Part shown: piece by piece, positions 28,804 to 41,989 of the stretch | How positions within the stretch are numbered: the stretch's first letter is position 1 | How the letters are laid out: each line of letters opens with the position of its first letter | Assembly: GCF_036971445.1 (NCBI RefSeq) | Contig: NC_091469.1 | Location: forward strand, 212,660,001-212,724,000 | Origin: Narcine bancroftii | Lineage: Eukaryota | Length of the DNA stretch: 64,000 bases | Direction of reading: 5' to 3' | The notes under the pieces: model-generated | What the model was told of the DNA's origin: nothing | The model's input: only the letters and a program-made list of their open reading frames with translations | Databases searched by the model: none | Program-made: the position numbers and the translations under genes

Positions 28804-29189
28804 CAGGGTGTCCTTTTTACACCAGTCAGTAACTTAATGATTGAGCAGGTATTAACAGCAGGATACAAAGGACATTTTACACATTTTTTGCTGTCCCTTT
28901 TTTTCTTTAACAGGTACTTTCTCATGGCCTTCCCCACTCTTTCACTCTCCTTTCCTCTCTATTTCCGTATCAGTTATTTGGAACCTTTCTCCATCTTTCT
29001 CTCACTGTCTGCTTGTCTGTTTCTCTCTCTGTCTACCCCTCTCTTTCTCTCTCTCTCTCCTCTCTCTCTTTCTCTCTCTGTCTGCCCCTCTCCCTTTTTT
29101 TCTCTCTCTGTCTGCCCTCCTCTCTCTTTCTTTGTTTGTCTCTCTCTATCTGTCTGTCAACCTTCTCCTTTGTCTGCTCCGTTTCAGAT

Positions 29190-30823
29190 CTTTTTTTAAT
29201 TTTTTTTAATTTTTCACACTATAAACCATACTGAACAAAATACATAGACATTTTTCTCTTGAATATATACAGTGTCATTTTCTCCCCTTTTCCCCCTCCC
29301 TTCCCTCCCTCCCTCACCTCCCCCTTCCCATTTATTTAAAGTTCAATCTATAAGATACATTAAACCCGTTAAACAATGTCATCACAATAAAAATAAACAA
29401 GACATTTTTGTCTTTTACTTATAAATACTGAGTCAGTTCATTTCGTCGTCTTCTCCTTCTGTCATTTTAAGTGGTGGAGGTCCATGGTAGGATTTCTCTA
29501 TTGTATTTCATGTATGGTTCCCATATTTGTTTGAATATTGTGATATTATTTCTTAAATTATATGTTATTTTTTCTAATGGAATACATTTATTTATTTCTA
29601 TGTACCATTGTTGTATTCTCAAGTTGTCTTCTAATTTCCAGGTTGACATAATACATTTTTTTGCTACAGCTAAGGCTATCATAATAAATCCTTTTTGTGC
29701 TCCATCTAAATCAAGTCCAAATTCTTTATTTCTTATATTACTTAAAAGGAAGATCTCTGGGTTTTTTGGTATGTTGCTTTTTGTGATTTTATTTAATATC
29801 TGGTTTAGATCTTCCCAAAATTTTTTCACTTTCTCACATGTCCAAATTGCATGTATTGTTGTACCCGTTTCCTTTTTACAGCGAAAACGTCTGTCTGATA
29901 CTGTTGGGTCCCATTTATTTAACTTTTGGGGTGTGATGTATAGCCTATGTAACCAATTATATTGTATCATGCGTAACTTCGTGTTTATTGTATTTCTCAT
30001 AGTTCCGGACCATAGCTTTTCCCATGTTTCATTCTTTATGTTTAGATCTTGTACCCATTTTTGTTTAGGTTTACAGTTAGTTTCCTCATTCTCCTTTTCT
30101 TGCAGTTTGATGTACATGTTTGTTATAAATTTTTTAATTATCATTGTGTCTGTAATCACATATTCAAAATTGCTTCCTTCTGGTAACCTCAGACTGTTTC
30201 CCAATTTGTCCTTCGAGTAGGTTTTCAGTTCATGGTATGCAAACATTGTATCGTGAGTTATATTATATTTGTCCTTCATTTGTTCAAAAGATAATCATTT
30301 ATTATTATTAATAAATAATAATTTATTATTATTATTATTACTTCAAGGGAAGTCACGTGATGGAGCAGTGACCAGTAAGAAAATACCAGCCCTCACCAGA
30401 AAAGTTAAAAAAAAGTAAAGAAAAAGCAAAACTACAAACACAGAAACCACAACAAATTAAAAATAAAAGTGTGGAAAAAATGGCAGCAAAGAAAGAAAAA
30501 CCAAAAACAGCAGGAAGAAAAGAAGAAGGAAAGACGTCGGAAGAGAAAGGTGAAGGCCTTACCTGTACGAGGAGGCTCGCCGTGGAGAGAGAAGCCCGCT
30601 TCCTGAGGTCAGTGGAAACCCCAAACTCAGGACTACAAAAATGGCTCACGGAGCCAAACAAAAGTTTGCAACCGTGCATACGTGAATCCTCGCGCATGCG
30701 TGGTGCACAAGACAAGAACAACACCGACGGGAGGAGGGACCAGCTGAGGAGTAAATCTCCACAGCTGAAACAGTCAAGTATAACACAACAGCAAGACTCC
30801 CAACAGGAAAACATAGAAAATAA
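29190..30823 (-). mobile_element. L1-clade LINE insertion: 3' ORF2 and tail on the minus strand plus an inverted 5' UTR/ORF1 start on the plus strand
   Basis: ORF 29467-30279 (-) has the zf-RVT-like RCKKETGTTIHAIWTC motif, with a poly(T)-rich tail at 29191. The + strand 30348-30823 carries a MAAKKEK.. ORF1-like start. A 10-bp direct repeat CGTTTCAGAT lies at 29180-29189 and 30824-30833. Confidence 0.75.
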
Positions 30824-33800
30824 CGTTTCAGATTTCCATACCTGGTCCCACTCCATCTTCTTTCTCTTCTCTCCATTGCTCTTTTTCTCCTTCCCCTTGT
30901 TCTCCATCTCAGCCTGACTCTCTGTCCTCTGACATCACCCCTAAATTTTCCACCTCTCTCCTTAAAGAAATGTCCTCTGGGACTTGCTTTTGTTCCCCGG
31001 GAAAAGTGGTGCTGGTCTCCACACTTCTAAGCCCCACAAAATCTTAAATCCCTTTAATAAGGAACGTCAAATCAAAGAGAAAAGCTCTCGTTCTGTCAGT
31101 CTTGTTCCATGAGACATGTTCTCCAATCCAGGCAATATTCTGGTACAATCCTCTGCACCCTCTCCAAAGTATCTACTTCCTTCCTACAATGAGAGAATGT
31201 ATTGGATCACAATGTACTAACCTATTTGGAAGTCTGAGACAGAGCATATGAAAGAGAGAAAGAGCGTGAAAATAACGTCCAAAAATAACATGGGTACAAA
31301 TTAAAGAGGAGTAAGACACTGTTTTAAAATGACTATCAGTCATCTTTGGACTTTGGTGAGGATGTTCCTCAAACAGATTAATCGACATGAGTGCTGGGCT
31401 CCCACATGGAGGAACCTCTGTATGTGGGAATCAATTCATGCCTAATATCAGGGACATTCAGGGTCCTGGGGATATAAATTTACTGGAGCAAATCTCAAAT
31501 GATAATGTTTTTTGTCATACACGGAGGACAATGTCAACATGCATTGAAACACTTACTTGCTGCTGCCATCTAGGTACTTTTAAAGATAAACCTGAATATT
31601 ACTCTCATCGATTAAATTAGGAGAGATAACTACATAAGATGGATGTTCACAAAGATCCTCATGCAAAGAAAAGTGAGTCCAAATTGTACGGACAGTCCTT
31701 TTGGGGTGTTGGAACAGTCCTCAGTTCATGAAACAAGGGGAGGATCAAGAGTCTGATAGTTGTTGGATAGAAACTGTTCTTAAATCTCTGATCTGCCTTC
31801 TCCAAAATTAATTCAGAGTTCAAAGAGATTCCAATCCAGTTATATTTTATTGAAGGTGAACACAAAAATCAAACAACAAGATACCATCACAAGCCTGTGA
31901 AAGGAACACAATGATACACATATAACCATAACCATATAACCATTTACGGAGCGGAAACAGGCCATGTTGGCCTTTCGAGTCCGCACCGGTTCACTCATTT
32001 TGTGCGCCCTCTTCAGGCATTGGTCCCGGTAGATCTTCATTCAATAACGATGGGCGAATTCAATGCAGGTGGAATCAGTCGTAGAAATGTTTGTGATGTT
32101 GGAGGACAAACTGTCAGGGACAAGCCATGGCTGTCAGGTTATCACTGTCTTGATGCCAGAAGGCAGATTTGAAGCTATTGCAACTCACAGACATCTTCAG
32201 TCTTTCATCTACACTCAGACAGAATGAATAGTGTCTTGGCAAAATGTCCATCTTGAAGTCCTTTCATCTTCAGGGCCTGTGGTCTCCCAAACCAGTCATG
32301 ACCCTTAGTTTACATGGAGATTCAGTGTTGTCGTCAGATGGAGATCTGGATCAGTGGGAAAAAACTCAATGTAAATCGTTGGTGGGAGCCCTCAACCCCG
32401 GCAGAACCAAAAACGCAGGCTGCCCTGCGTCTGAACCACAATTAATCAATCGATCGATCCTCAACAGTCAATCACCGTTGGTCTGAGCCCATTTCTTACC
32501 AGTTACCATTGTCCTAAAATGGTAAGAGGGCCTTGATATCTATGGTTCTCACAGCCGCAGGTTTCCATTCCTTCAGTCCCGTCCTGTTCGGTAAACACAA
32601 ACCTGTTGGCTGGTGCAAAGAACGACCTCAGTAATGTATTCCAGATGCAAATCAGTGTGCTTATTCTTTTTAGTAACAGGTCTGCACTGGGAGGGCCCCC
32701 TGCTTGAATTAAACCGGCCTGTACAACCCAAGAGGAAGTCGAACGAGAAGGACTGATCTTCACATTGTCACAGAGTTTCAGACATCTGTCCGCTATTAAT
32801 AGCAATCAGTTAGAGAGCTTCAAGTGAGCCACAGGCTGTCACTGAAAGTTCATGAAGTTTTTTTTTATCCAAGGTTAATTCAAAACCTGAGGAACTTTGT
32901 AGCCCAAAAGCCATCTCTGCACTCCTTCCTCTCGGTGCCATGAATCCCTCCAAGCAGGGACTCTATCTCTTTGCTACTGCAATGCAGTGGATTGAACAGA
33001 GTGAGGTCCTTTTGTGTGTAAATGTGGAACAAATGCTGACATAATTGTTGGCATCATTGAAATGTTTAGATACTCATGTTAAACCTGCATGCAATCTTCA
33101 CAAAGAGAAGATTCAAGGTGAATGGATATTTCCACTTTCAAGATGATAACATTGTGGAGGAAAAGGACATTTCATTCTGCAGGGGTACGGAGACAAGTGT
33201 CAGTGATCTCTCATGATCTCATTGAGATGATGATTTATATAGAGAGTTGGGAGAATGTGGAACTCTCCCAAAGGGGTAAAAGAGCGAGGAAGGAATAGAC
33301 GGAGATGTTGACCCAGTCGGACAGTGTGGTGGTGGCTGAAGGCTCGTGTGGAAACTAAACCCTGGTGTGGAAAAGCTGATCTGAATCTTCCCCTTTGTGG
33401 TGCGTTCAGTATGAATCAGTGCAATCTCAGAGTCACGTGGAAGCAATAGCAGGAAATAAATCTCCCACTAGAATGTTGTCGCATCCTCCAGGACAGGAAT
33501 AACACAGGTTTAAGACAGAGTGAGGTTCCTTTCACTGATCCCAACCATTTCACCCAGGGACAGGAGGTGGTGAACACGTAAACGTGACATTGACACAGAT
33601 TGGGTGACGTGAAAAACATTACTGCATTTATTGGGAAGGTTGATAAGCATGATGCAGAAAGGTGCAGGTAATATACTCATGGCTTTTTTTAGCAGAAACT
33701 CGTGGTACAATAATGAAAGACAATAGATGTATATACAGTTATATCCAAGAGGAATGTCCTCAACAGCAGAGATAATGCACAGCCAATGTTAGTATACCAA

Positions 33801-34739
33801 GGCTCACCAGAGGGGAGACAGGAACCTTAGCAGACATACACCACACTCAAGAAAGCAGCTTCTATCATCAAGGACTCTCACCAGCCAGGCCTCGCCCTTT
33901 TCTCACTGCTACCATCAGGGAGGAGGAACAGGACTCCATGCATTCGACTTTATCAAAACAGATTCTTCCCCTCCGCCATCATATTTCTAAATGGACAATG
34001 AACCGTAGACACGGCCTCACCTTTTGCTCCTTGTTCTCCACAACACCTCCGAATTCTGTGATCGGCATTTGTGACCATAAACCTGATTCTGGCTCTGAGA
34101 TGGAGGACATGAATGTCAGGGTGAAGGGACAGAGAGCCTCCTTCACCTCTGTCTGCTCATCTGTGTGCAAGGGACTGAGTTACACTGCAGGGATTGTGGG
34201 CCCGGAGGGTGCAGCGGTGCTGTGGAATGAAGTTACTCCCAAGTGCAGCTCATAAATCAAAAGTGATTTTGGGGATGAGAGGGTATTGGATTGTGAGATG
34301 GAGGTTCTACATCACTGGCACCTTCATTCTGGGATACTTGCTCCTGTTATTGGCATCAGTTTTTCAGTGAACCAGGTCTCCAACTCACGGTCATTTCCTT
34401 CTTATTTCTGGCTCAGCCAATCACAGAATGACTCACAGTTAACAAGCAGAAGAATTGTTGACAGAGAAGAAAATGATGATTCGGTGAAAAATTGTTCCGC
34501 TGATGACCCCTCTCAGGATGGGTTTGAAAATTAAGGTCAGGTTCAAATAGTTGTGTGGACCCCATTTCTGCGCCCACTTCCAATCCTCACACCTCCCACT
34601 TGGCACAGTCACTATCACTGCCAGCTTCATGCAGTGAGAGGAGAGAGGAGGTCTAGAACAGCCTGTGGCCTGTTGAAGGCAGTGCAGGGTGCTGATTGGT
34701 CCATTTGGTTGATGCAGATGCAATCTTAAATTTTTTAAT

Positions 34740-34980
34740 CTATTTTTAAAAAATGTAGATATACAGCATGGTAACAGGCCCTTTCGGGCCACGAGTCCAT
34801 CCTGCCCAATTCTAACCAATTAATTTACAGCAGTGGGACGAATCCGGAGACCCTGGGGTAAACCTAAGCAGACACGGGGAGAACGTACAAATCCTTACAG
34901 GCACGAGGGATTCGAACTCTGGTCCTGATCGCTGGTGCTGTAACAATGTTGCACTAACCGCTACGCTAACCGTACCACCC
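34740..34980 (-). mobile_element. HE1/V-SINE-like SINE
   Basis: tRNA-like head (GGTACGGTTAGCGTAGCGGTTAGTGC on the minus strand) plus the V-SINE core. Confidence 0.7.
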
Positions 34981-37900
34981 TCATTGGTCTGCCTTTATCT
35001 GGTATGGTCATTGTATGAACTGGGAATCACATCCAACAAACATGTTAATGACGATTCACTGACAGCCAAAAGATGGACAGGTTCCCCTGCCCAGAAATGT
35101 CCCGGTTGACCCAGGGATCTGATCTTCTTCACCAGGCAACACTTAACAAGCCTCAGAATGACCTGGCTTCACCAACTCATCCAGAGGTAACCATGTATGA
35201 GTGCCAATGTGGTCTTGACCTTTCAACCATTTTCCAACTCCTGAGATGATGACTGCATCCGTGAATCTTTTCATTCCAATGTCACTGCTTCCCACATGAC
35301 CCATGACTTTTCACTGTCTCCTCTTCCCCTCAACATATTCTGCATCCTGCTGGTAAAGCCCTTTTACCTAGGCAAGCAGCCCACTGTGCCAGGCCTGTGT
35401 GGCTGGTGAAAGAAATGCCCTTCAGTTCTACGCCTGGCTGTTGAATCCCCGATAATCGAACATTGGTGCTCAGGGGGACAGGCTCTTCAGGGCTTCGATG
35501 TCTCTGCTGAACATGATGGCCAAATTAAACAAAATCGCTGCTGCTGGCATGTGATGCATTTCCCTCAAGATAAGAGAAGAAGAGACCTTTACAGCACCAG
35601 AGATTGGGACCCTGCACTGTCTGTAAGGAGTTTGTACGCTATCCCAGTGTCTGTGTGGGTCCCCGAGGGCTCCGGTTTCCTCCCACCTTTCAAAACCTTC
35701 TGGGGTGCATCGGATTTGAGGGCCAAAATGGCCTGTCACCATGCTGTATGTCTAAGAAAAACAGAAGCAATGAGTGATTTGCCCTGTCACTGATCAGAGG
35801 ATGTGCAGTAAATTGAACAGATCAAGTTTTTGGTCAAAGGAGCTGAGATGAGGCTGTGTTGAGGTGTTATTAGTCATTGCAGCTCCTACATCCACCCACG
35901 CCACCACCCCCACCACCTCTCTCTCTCCTCTCCCTCTCTCTCTCCACCCCATATTCCTTCTATCAGTGTCTCCTCCTCATAATCTCTTCCATTCCCTCTC
36001 TTACCTTTCTTGCCTTTCCTCCAGACCCCATCCTCTTCCTCATTCTTTCTTTCTCCCCTCTTCCCATCTCTTGGGATCCATCCACGGTTCACACATTTCC
36101 ACACTCCTCCCTTTGTCACCCCCTCCCCTTCTCTTCCTCCCCTTTCCATTTTCTGCCACATCACATCTCTTTCCTCCTTCCGGCCCCTCCCATTCTCTCT
36201 TTATTTCCCTTTATATTTTTCCCCATCTCCCACCACCAAATTCACCCCCAGGACGGAGCTGCTGTTTCCCAATTGACAGTATTAGAGCCCATCCTGTTAC
36301 CTGTAGGTCGGATTGTAAGACTCAAAGAACCTCTGCTTGCACTCCACGTCTCCGTTCGGAATGGGAGATGAAGGCAGAGGATATTAGAGATGGGAGAGCC
36401 AGCTGTGTGGCTTTTATCTAACAGCCATTGGGCTGGAAGGTCTGAATGAAACTGGTCATGATACAGGTATCGGATAAGTCAAGCCAGGTTTGCCTGAAAG
36501 ATTTCAGCTATAATGAGAAGGGAGATACCCTCAGGGTCAGTCGTCTCTCAAATGACTGACATAGATTCATTCAGGCAATGACAAATCCCACTGGACAAAA
36601 GAGGAAAGGGGGAAGGGGGCTGTGTGCTGTGAGATCACCTGACGCTCTGTGCCTTGATTGATCATAAGGATGTATTTAAACCAAATCTGCAATGTTCATA
36701 CAATGACCAAATCAGTCAAGGGGGGGACACGGATACAGAGGAACATGTTGCATAGAGTGGAGCTCTGGTTAGACCAACTCTGGAGCAGTGCGTGTGACTC
36801 CAGGAGCCACCATTCAGGAAGGGCCAGCAGAGTGGCAGAGAGACTGAAGGTATGAGAAGATCTGGTCTTGTCTCATGTTCCCTGAAGTGTGGGAAAAAAT
36901 GAAGCCTGCTGGAATTGGGGGTTTAAATTCATGAAAGGGAGCACTGGGGGAGACAGAGACTCCGCTGCTCCCTCCTATGCCTTCCAGAATAAGGGCAAAA
37001 ACTACTTCAATTGGATCCAGACTATTGAGAGCACAAGTAATCTGGAACCCTTCCTGGAAAACTGTCAAGGATGGGGGTCAGTGACAGACTTTCCTCGGAT
37101 TTTGGTTCCCAAGGAGGGTAAATGGAGTTCAGATACATGTCAGCAATGAATGGGAGGCCAGGGAAGCCTGAGCCCCCTCCTGCTGATACTCTCTGCATGG
37201 GACAAATTTCAGCAGAGACTTTGTGTGCAGTTGTTGATTGACCAGAGTCATGCCTGACATTCTCATTGTTGGCAGGTGTGTGAAACTGGGCACTGATCTG
37301 GGGACTATTTCCTTCACCCAGACTTCCTGTGGAAGATGTCAGCTGTACTTAATGTGAGCAGGGGACCTCCCAGAGGGAACAGACTTACTAAAAAGAAAAA
37401 GCATGCTGCCTGATGTATGGAAATGTGTTTCTCATTTAGTGTCAACACCGACAAGCATTTCTCACCTTACTGAACAGATAGCTGGCCAGTGTGTTTGGAA
37501 TGGTGAAGTCAGGTAAGGGTGCAAGTGTTGCACAGTGTCTGTCCTTAATGGAGAGAAACATCACCTCGAGCCAAACTGAAATACTGGATTCACTTGAGAA
37601 AAAAACAGAACTTGGCTCAGATTAATGTGGCTGCTTAGTTATGCTGCAACCAGGAAGTTGGGGATATGACGTGATCCCATTGAAATGGAGAATTCATGCA
37701 AAGTGTTCCAGAGCAGATACATCACTGATAACTGCACTATCACATGAACAATTATCCAGGAGTCCCCAGTTCTTGGACATTCTATTGAGTTAATCTATGA
37801 TGTCTTTCGACTCAATCCTCAGCAAAGTGATGGGCATGTTTTGCTGTGGTGTCAAGTGCCACTTATTCTCAATTCACCTCGTCACCAATGACCAGTGTAG

Positions 37901-39649
37901 GTGTTACCAGGGCCACTTGCAGATGAGAGCTGAATTCCAGAGATAAGCCAGAGAATGATGAGCTTCCCGCCACTTGTGGGTAAGTGGTTGGAGGGGACGC
38001 TGAGAGACATGGTCTACCAGAATTTTGGAATGGCAGTCAATGACTAAAGATACCATGGCTTCTTGTGTGGGAATTTGCATCTCGTGACCTTGATTGACAT
38101 TTTGAAGGTAACCAGGAAGATTGCATGTGGCAGGGCAACAGAAGTTGGCCATGTAGAATTTATTAGCAAGGCCTTTGACAAGGTCCAACATGGTAGGCTG
38201 ACCTGCAAGGTGAATTTGATTGGAATCACGGGTGAGCTTCCCAATTGGGTACAGATTTGAGTTGATGATAAGAGACAGAGGAAGGTTGTGGAGAGATTTA
38301 GAGCATTGATCATTACAGCACCATACAGGCCCTTTGGCCCCCGATGTTATGCCAACCTGTCTAAACCAACTCAACAAACTAATCCTTCCTTGTCAAACAC
38401 CCTAAACCCACTATTTATTTGTATCCATGGGCATGTCCAAGAGCCTTTTAAATGTCACCATTGTACCAGCCTCCACCACCACCCCTGGCAATGAATTGCA
38501 GGCACCCACTACTCTGTGTAAAAACTTACCCCTGTCATCACCCTTAAACTTTCCTCCCCTCACCTTATATCGATGTCCTCTGATATTTGCTTCTGTCATC
38601 CTGGCAGTCCATCCTATCGATGCCACTCATAATCTTATCAAACTCTATTCAGTCACCTTTCATCCTTCTTTGTTCCAACACAAGAAGCCCAAGATCTTTT
38701 AACCTTGCCTCATAAAACATGTTCTCCAATCAGGCAACATCCTATACACTCTGCACCGTCTCTGAAACTTCCACATCCTTCTTACAGTAAGATGACCACA
38801 ACTGAACACCATATTCAAAGTGTGATCAAAACAAAGTCTTATAGAGCTGCAATATTACCTCCAGACTCTTGAATTCAATCCCCTTCCTAATAAAGGCCAG
38901 CATACCATAAGCCAGTGGTTCTCAACTCTTTTCTTTCCACTTTAAGTTTTCCCTATGCCATCAGTGCTTTGTGATTAGTAAGGGATTTGCTCGTTGTTTA
39001 TCTCACTACTATTGCCGTTACATTCAGTGATATACAGCAATTACGATTTAACAGTAACATGAGTACAAAAATCATTGCTAAGGTTTCTGTAGGGACTAGT
39101 ACGGGAGGAGGGGCGACACCGTGAGTTACAGCACTGGGTGAGACCAACCCTAGTGACGCCACTGACCATGCTACCTTTTCCCTGTCCCAATGGGACAAAC
39201 ATGTCCAAATCGCCGTGCAAGTGGTCACTAAACATTCTCCACATTTACATCTGAGAGCATCTGTTCCTAATTTCCCCTCCCCAGTTCCTGCCTAATTTCA
39301 TCTCAATTCGCCCTTCCCCAATTAAATCCTTGATCACTTTGTCTACTCCCATCCTTTGCTGTGCTAAAGATCAGGGCATTGTGGTCAATGTCATCGAAAT
39401 GCTCCCCCACATTGAGCTCTATCAACTGATTCGGTTTATTACCTGGTACCAGATCCAGAATGGCCTCTCCCCTATTCGGCTTGTTCACATATTGTGGCAG
39501 GAATCCTCCTTGGACACCCCTGGCAAATTCTGTCCCATCTAGTCCTCTTGCAGTCAGGAGGCCACAGGCAATGTGAGAGAAGTTGAAGTCTCCCAGAGCA
39601 ACAAGCAGTTATTTTTGCACGATTCCACACTGCTCCTCAACGTCCCAAG

Positions 39650-40600
39650 GGCTACTGCATAAATGCGTGTAATCATCGAAATTTGTGGACCAACTTTTAG
39701 GGTAAAATTTAGGGAGTCGACTATTACACACATAATACTTTCAACCATGCGTGGAGCTCAGATGGGGAGGTGGGCAGGGCTGAGGTGTTGTCCATGGTTA
39801 GGTTGTCTGGAGCTTGGATGGGCAAATTGGTGGGGCGGTGGTGTTGTCCATGGTCAGGGTATCTAGAGTTCAGATGGGCGGGGCTGAGGTGTGTGAGGTT
39901 GGGCCGTCTGGAGCTCAGATGGGGAGTTGAGCGGGGCTGTGGTGTTGTCCATGGTAATGGTATCTAGAGTTCAGCTGGGCAGTTCAGAGGTGTTGTGTGT
40001 GGTTGGGGCGTCTGGAGCTCGGATGGGGAGGTGGGTGGGGCTGAGGTGTTGTCCATGGTCAGGGTATCTAGAGTTCAGGTGGGCAAGGCTGAGGTGTTGT
40101 GTGTGGTTTGGGCGTCTGGAGCTCAGATGGGAAGGTGGGCGGGGCTGAAGTGTGTTCTATGGTCAGGGTATCTAGAGCTCGGATGGGCAGGTGGGCAGGG
40201 CTGAGATGTTGTGTGTGGTTTGGGCATTTGGTGCTTGGATGGAGAGGTGAGCAGTTCTGAGATGTTGTGCGTGGTCGAGGCATCTGGAGCTCTGATGGGT
40301 GGGCGGGCAGGGCCGAGATGTCGTCCGTGGTCGGGGCGTCTGGAGCTCGGATGAGCAGGTGGACAAGGCTGTGGTGTTGTCTGTGCTCAGAGCATCTGGA
40401 GTTCGGATGGGCAGGTGGCAGGGCTGAGGTGTTGTCTGTGGTTGGGGTATCTAGAGCTTGGATGGGAGGATAGGTGGGGCCAGAGAAAGGATGGGCGTTG
40501 AATTTTACACACGATATATAGAAAATATCAGATTTTTGGGGTAAAAACTGGTGGGTCGACTTCTACATGGTTTTGACTATTACATGTGTACATACTATAT
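39650..40600. mobile_element. Non-autonomous TcMar (Tc2/pogo-like) element carrying an internal ~50-bp G-rich tandem repeat (39750-40480)
   Basis: Degenerate subterminal GTCGACTATTACAC-type motifs at both ends and repeated GGGCTGAGGTGTTGTCCATGGTCAGGGTATCTAGAG units inside. Confidence 0.5.
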
Positions 40601-41989
40601 TCGGGGCCTATAAACTACTCCCAACAGTGATCGCTCCCTTCCAGCTTCTGACTTTCATTCCCCCTGAGTCAATCGACAATCCCTTTCTGCAGGGTGATAC
40701 TATCCCTTATTAGTAATCCTACTTCCCCCCTCATCATTCATTCCCCCTCCCCCCTCCCCATCCTATCCCTTTTGAAACATCTAAACCCAGGTACCTGCAT
40801 CAGCTAATCCTGACTTTGTGTCAGCCAAGTCTCTGTAACAGCCAGAATATTGTAATTCCACAAAGTGATCCGTGCTCTGTTCATCACCTTTGTTCCCAAT
40901 ACTTCTAGCATTGAAAGAAACACATTTAAAGCCCTCCAACTGACCACATTTTTGGTCCCTCCACTGTCTCTTTTTCCTCACCATCTCATTCCACATAGCA
41001 TCAACTTTTCCACAATTTGCTCTATTCTCCACCCTATCGTCCTGATTCCCACCCACCCTGCCAAACTACTTTAAACCCTCCTGAGATTAACTGGGAAAGT
41101 GGACCAAAGAATGACAGTGGGAATTTAACACAGATGAGTGGAAAGTTTTGCCCTTTGCTAGGTTCAACCATGGCAGGGTTGCACTGTGAGCAGTGAGTGC
41201 TGGGGAGTTCTGGGGGTGGAGGGACATGATTCCCTGAAAGCGGCAACTCAGGTGGACAGCAGGGTAAAGAAGGCAATTCACATGTTTGCCTTCATCGATT
41301 CGTGGACAGACTACAGGAATAGGGGAATTACGCTGCGACTACACAGGACATTTATGTTGAGCGAAGGTAGAGGGTTGTGTACAATATTGGTCAACTAACT
41401 TTTGGAAAAATATCATTAAGCTGGAAAGGGAGCAGAGAAAATACACAAGAATGTAAGTGAGACTAGCTGTCTTGAACAATAAGGAGAGTGTGGAAAGGCT
41501 GGGATATTTATTTCCATGGAGTCTAGGAGGCAAACAGTAGGCCTCATAGTGGCATTTCAAATCAGAGATAATGTAAATAGTTAAGAGTCTTCACAGATTC
41601 AGTGAATTTAAACCTATATTGCATTATTTTAATGTGAGAGGACAGATTAAGAAGAGCCTTGAAAAGCACCTTCTTCAATCTGAAGGTGGCTGGTATATTG
41701 AACAAGGTAGCAGAGGAAGTGCTTGAAGCGGAAACAAGATGTGCTTTGGAAAGACATTTTGACAGGTGCATGGGCTGGAATGGTGGAGAGGGATATGGAC
41801 CGAATGCAAGTAAATGGGCCGAGCTTGGTCAGCATGGACACATTGGGCCAAGGGAATGTTTTGTGTGGTGTATGGCTGTGCGAGTTGTGACTTATTGCCT
41901 TGACAACAAATGGGCATAAGAGCTGTGGTGAAGCTGAAATCAATGGGCAAGACAGGTAAGACAGTACAGAACTGGAGATAAACAAGATG

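Noticed and set aside
32645-32652. Octamer ATGCAAAT (also ATTTGCAT at 38073)
   Set aside because: No associated V gene; about the number expected by chance in 64 kb.
33302-33370. EMLTQSDSVVVAEGS resembles a V-region FR1
   Set aside because: A stop follows almost at once; no Cys/Trp/YYC framework, splice acceptor or RSS.
35864-36421. Overlapping 90-185 aa ORFs
   Set aside because: Low-complexity CT-rich tract with no protein-like features.
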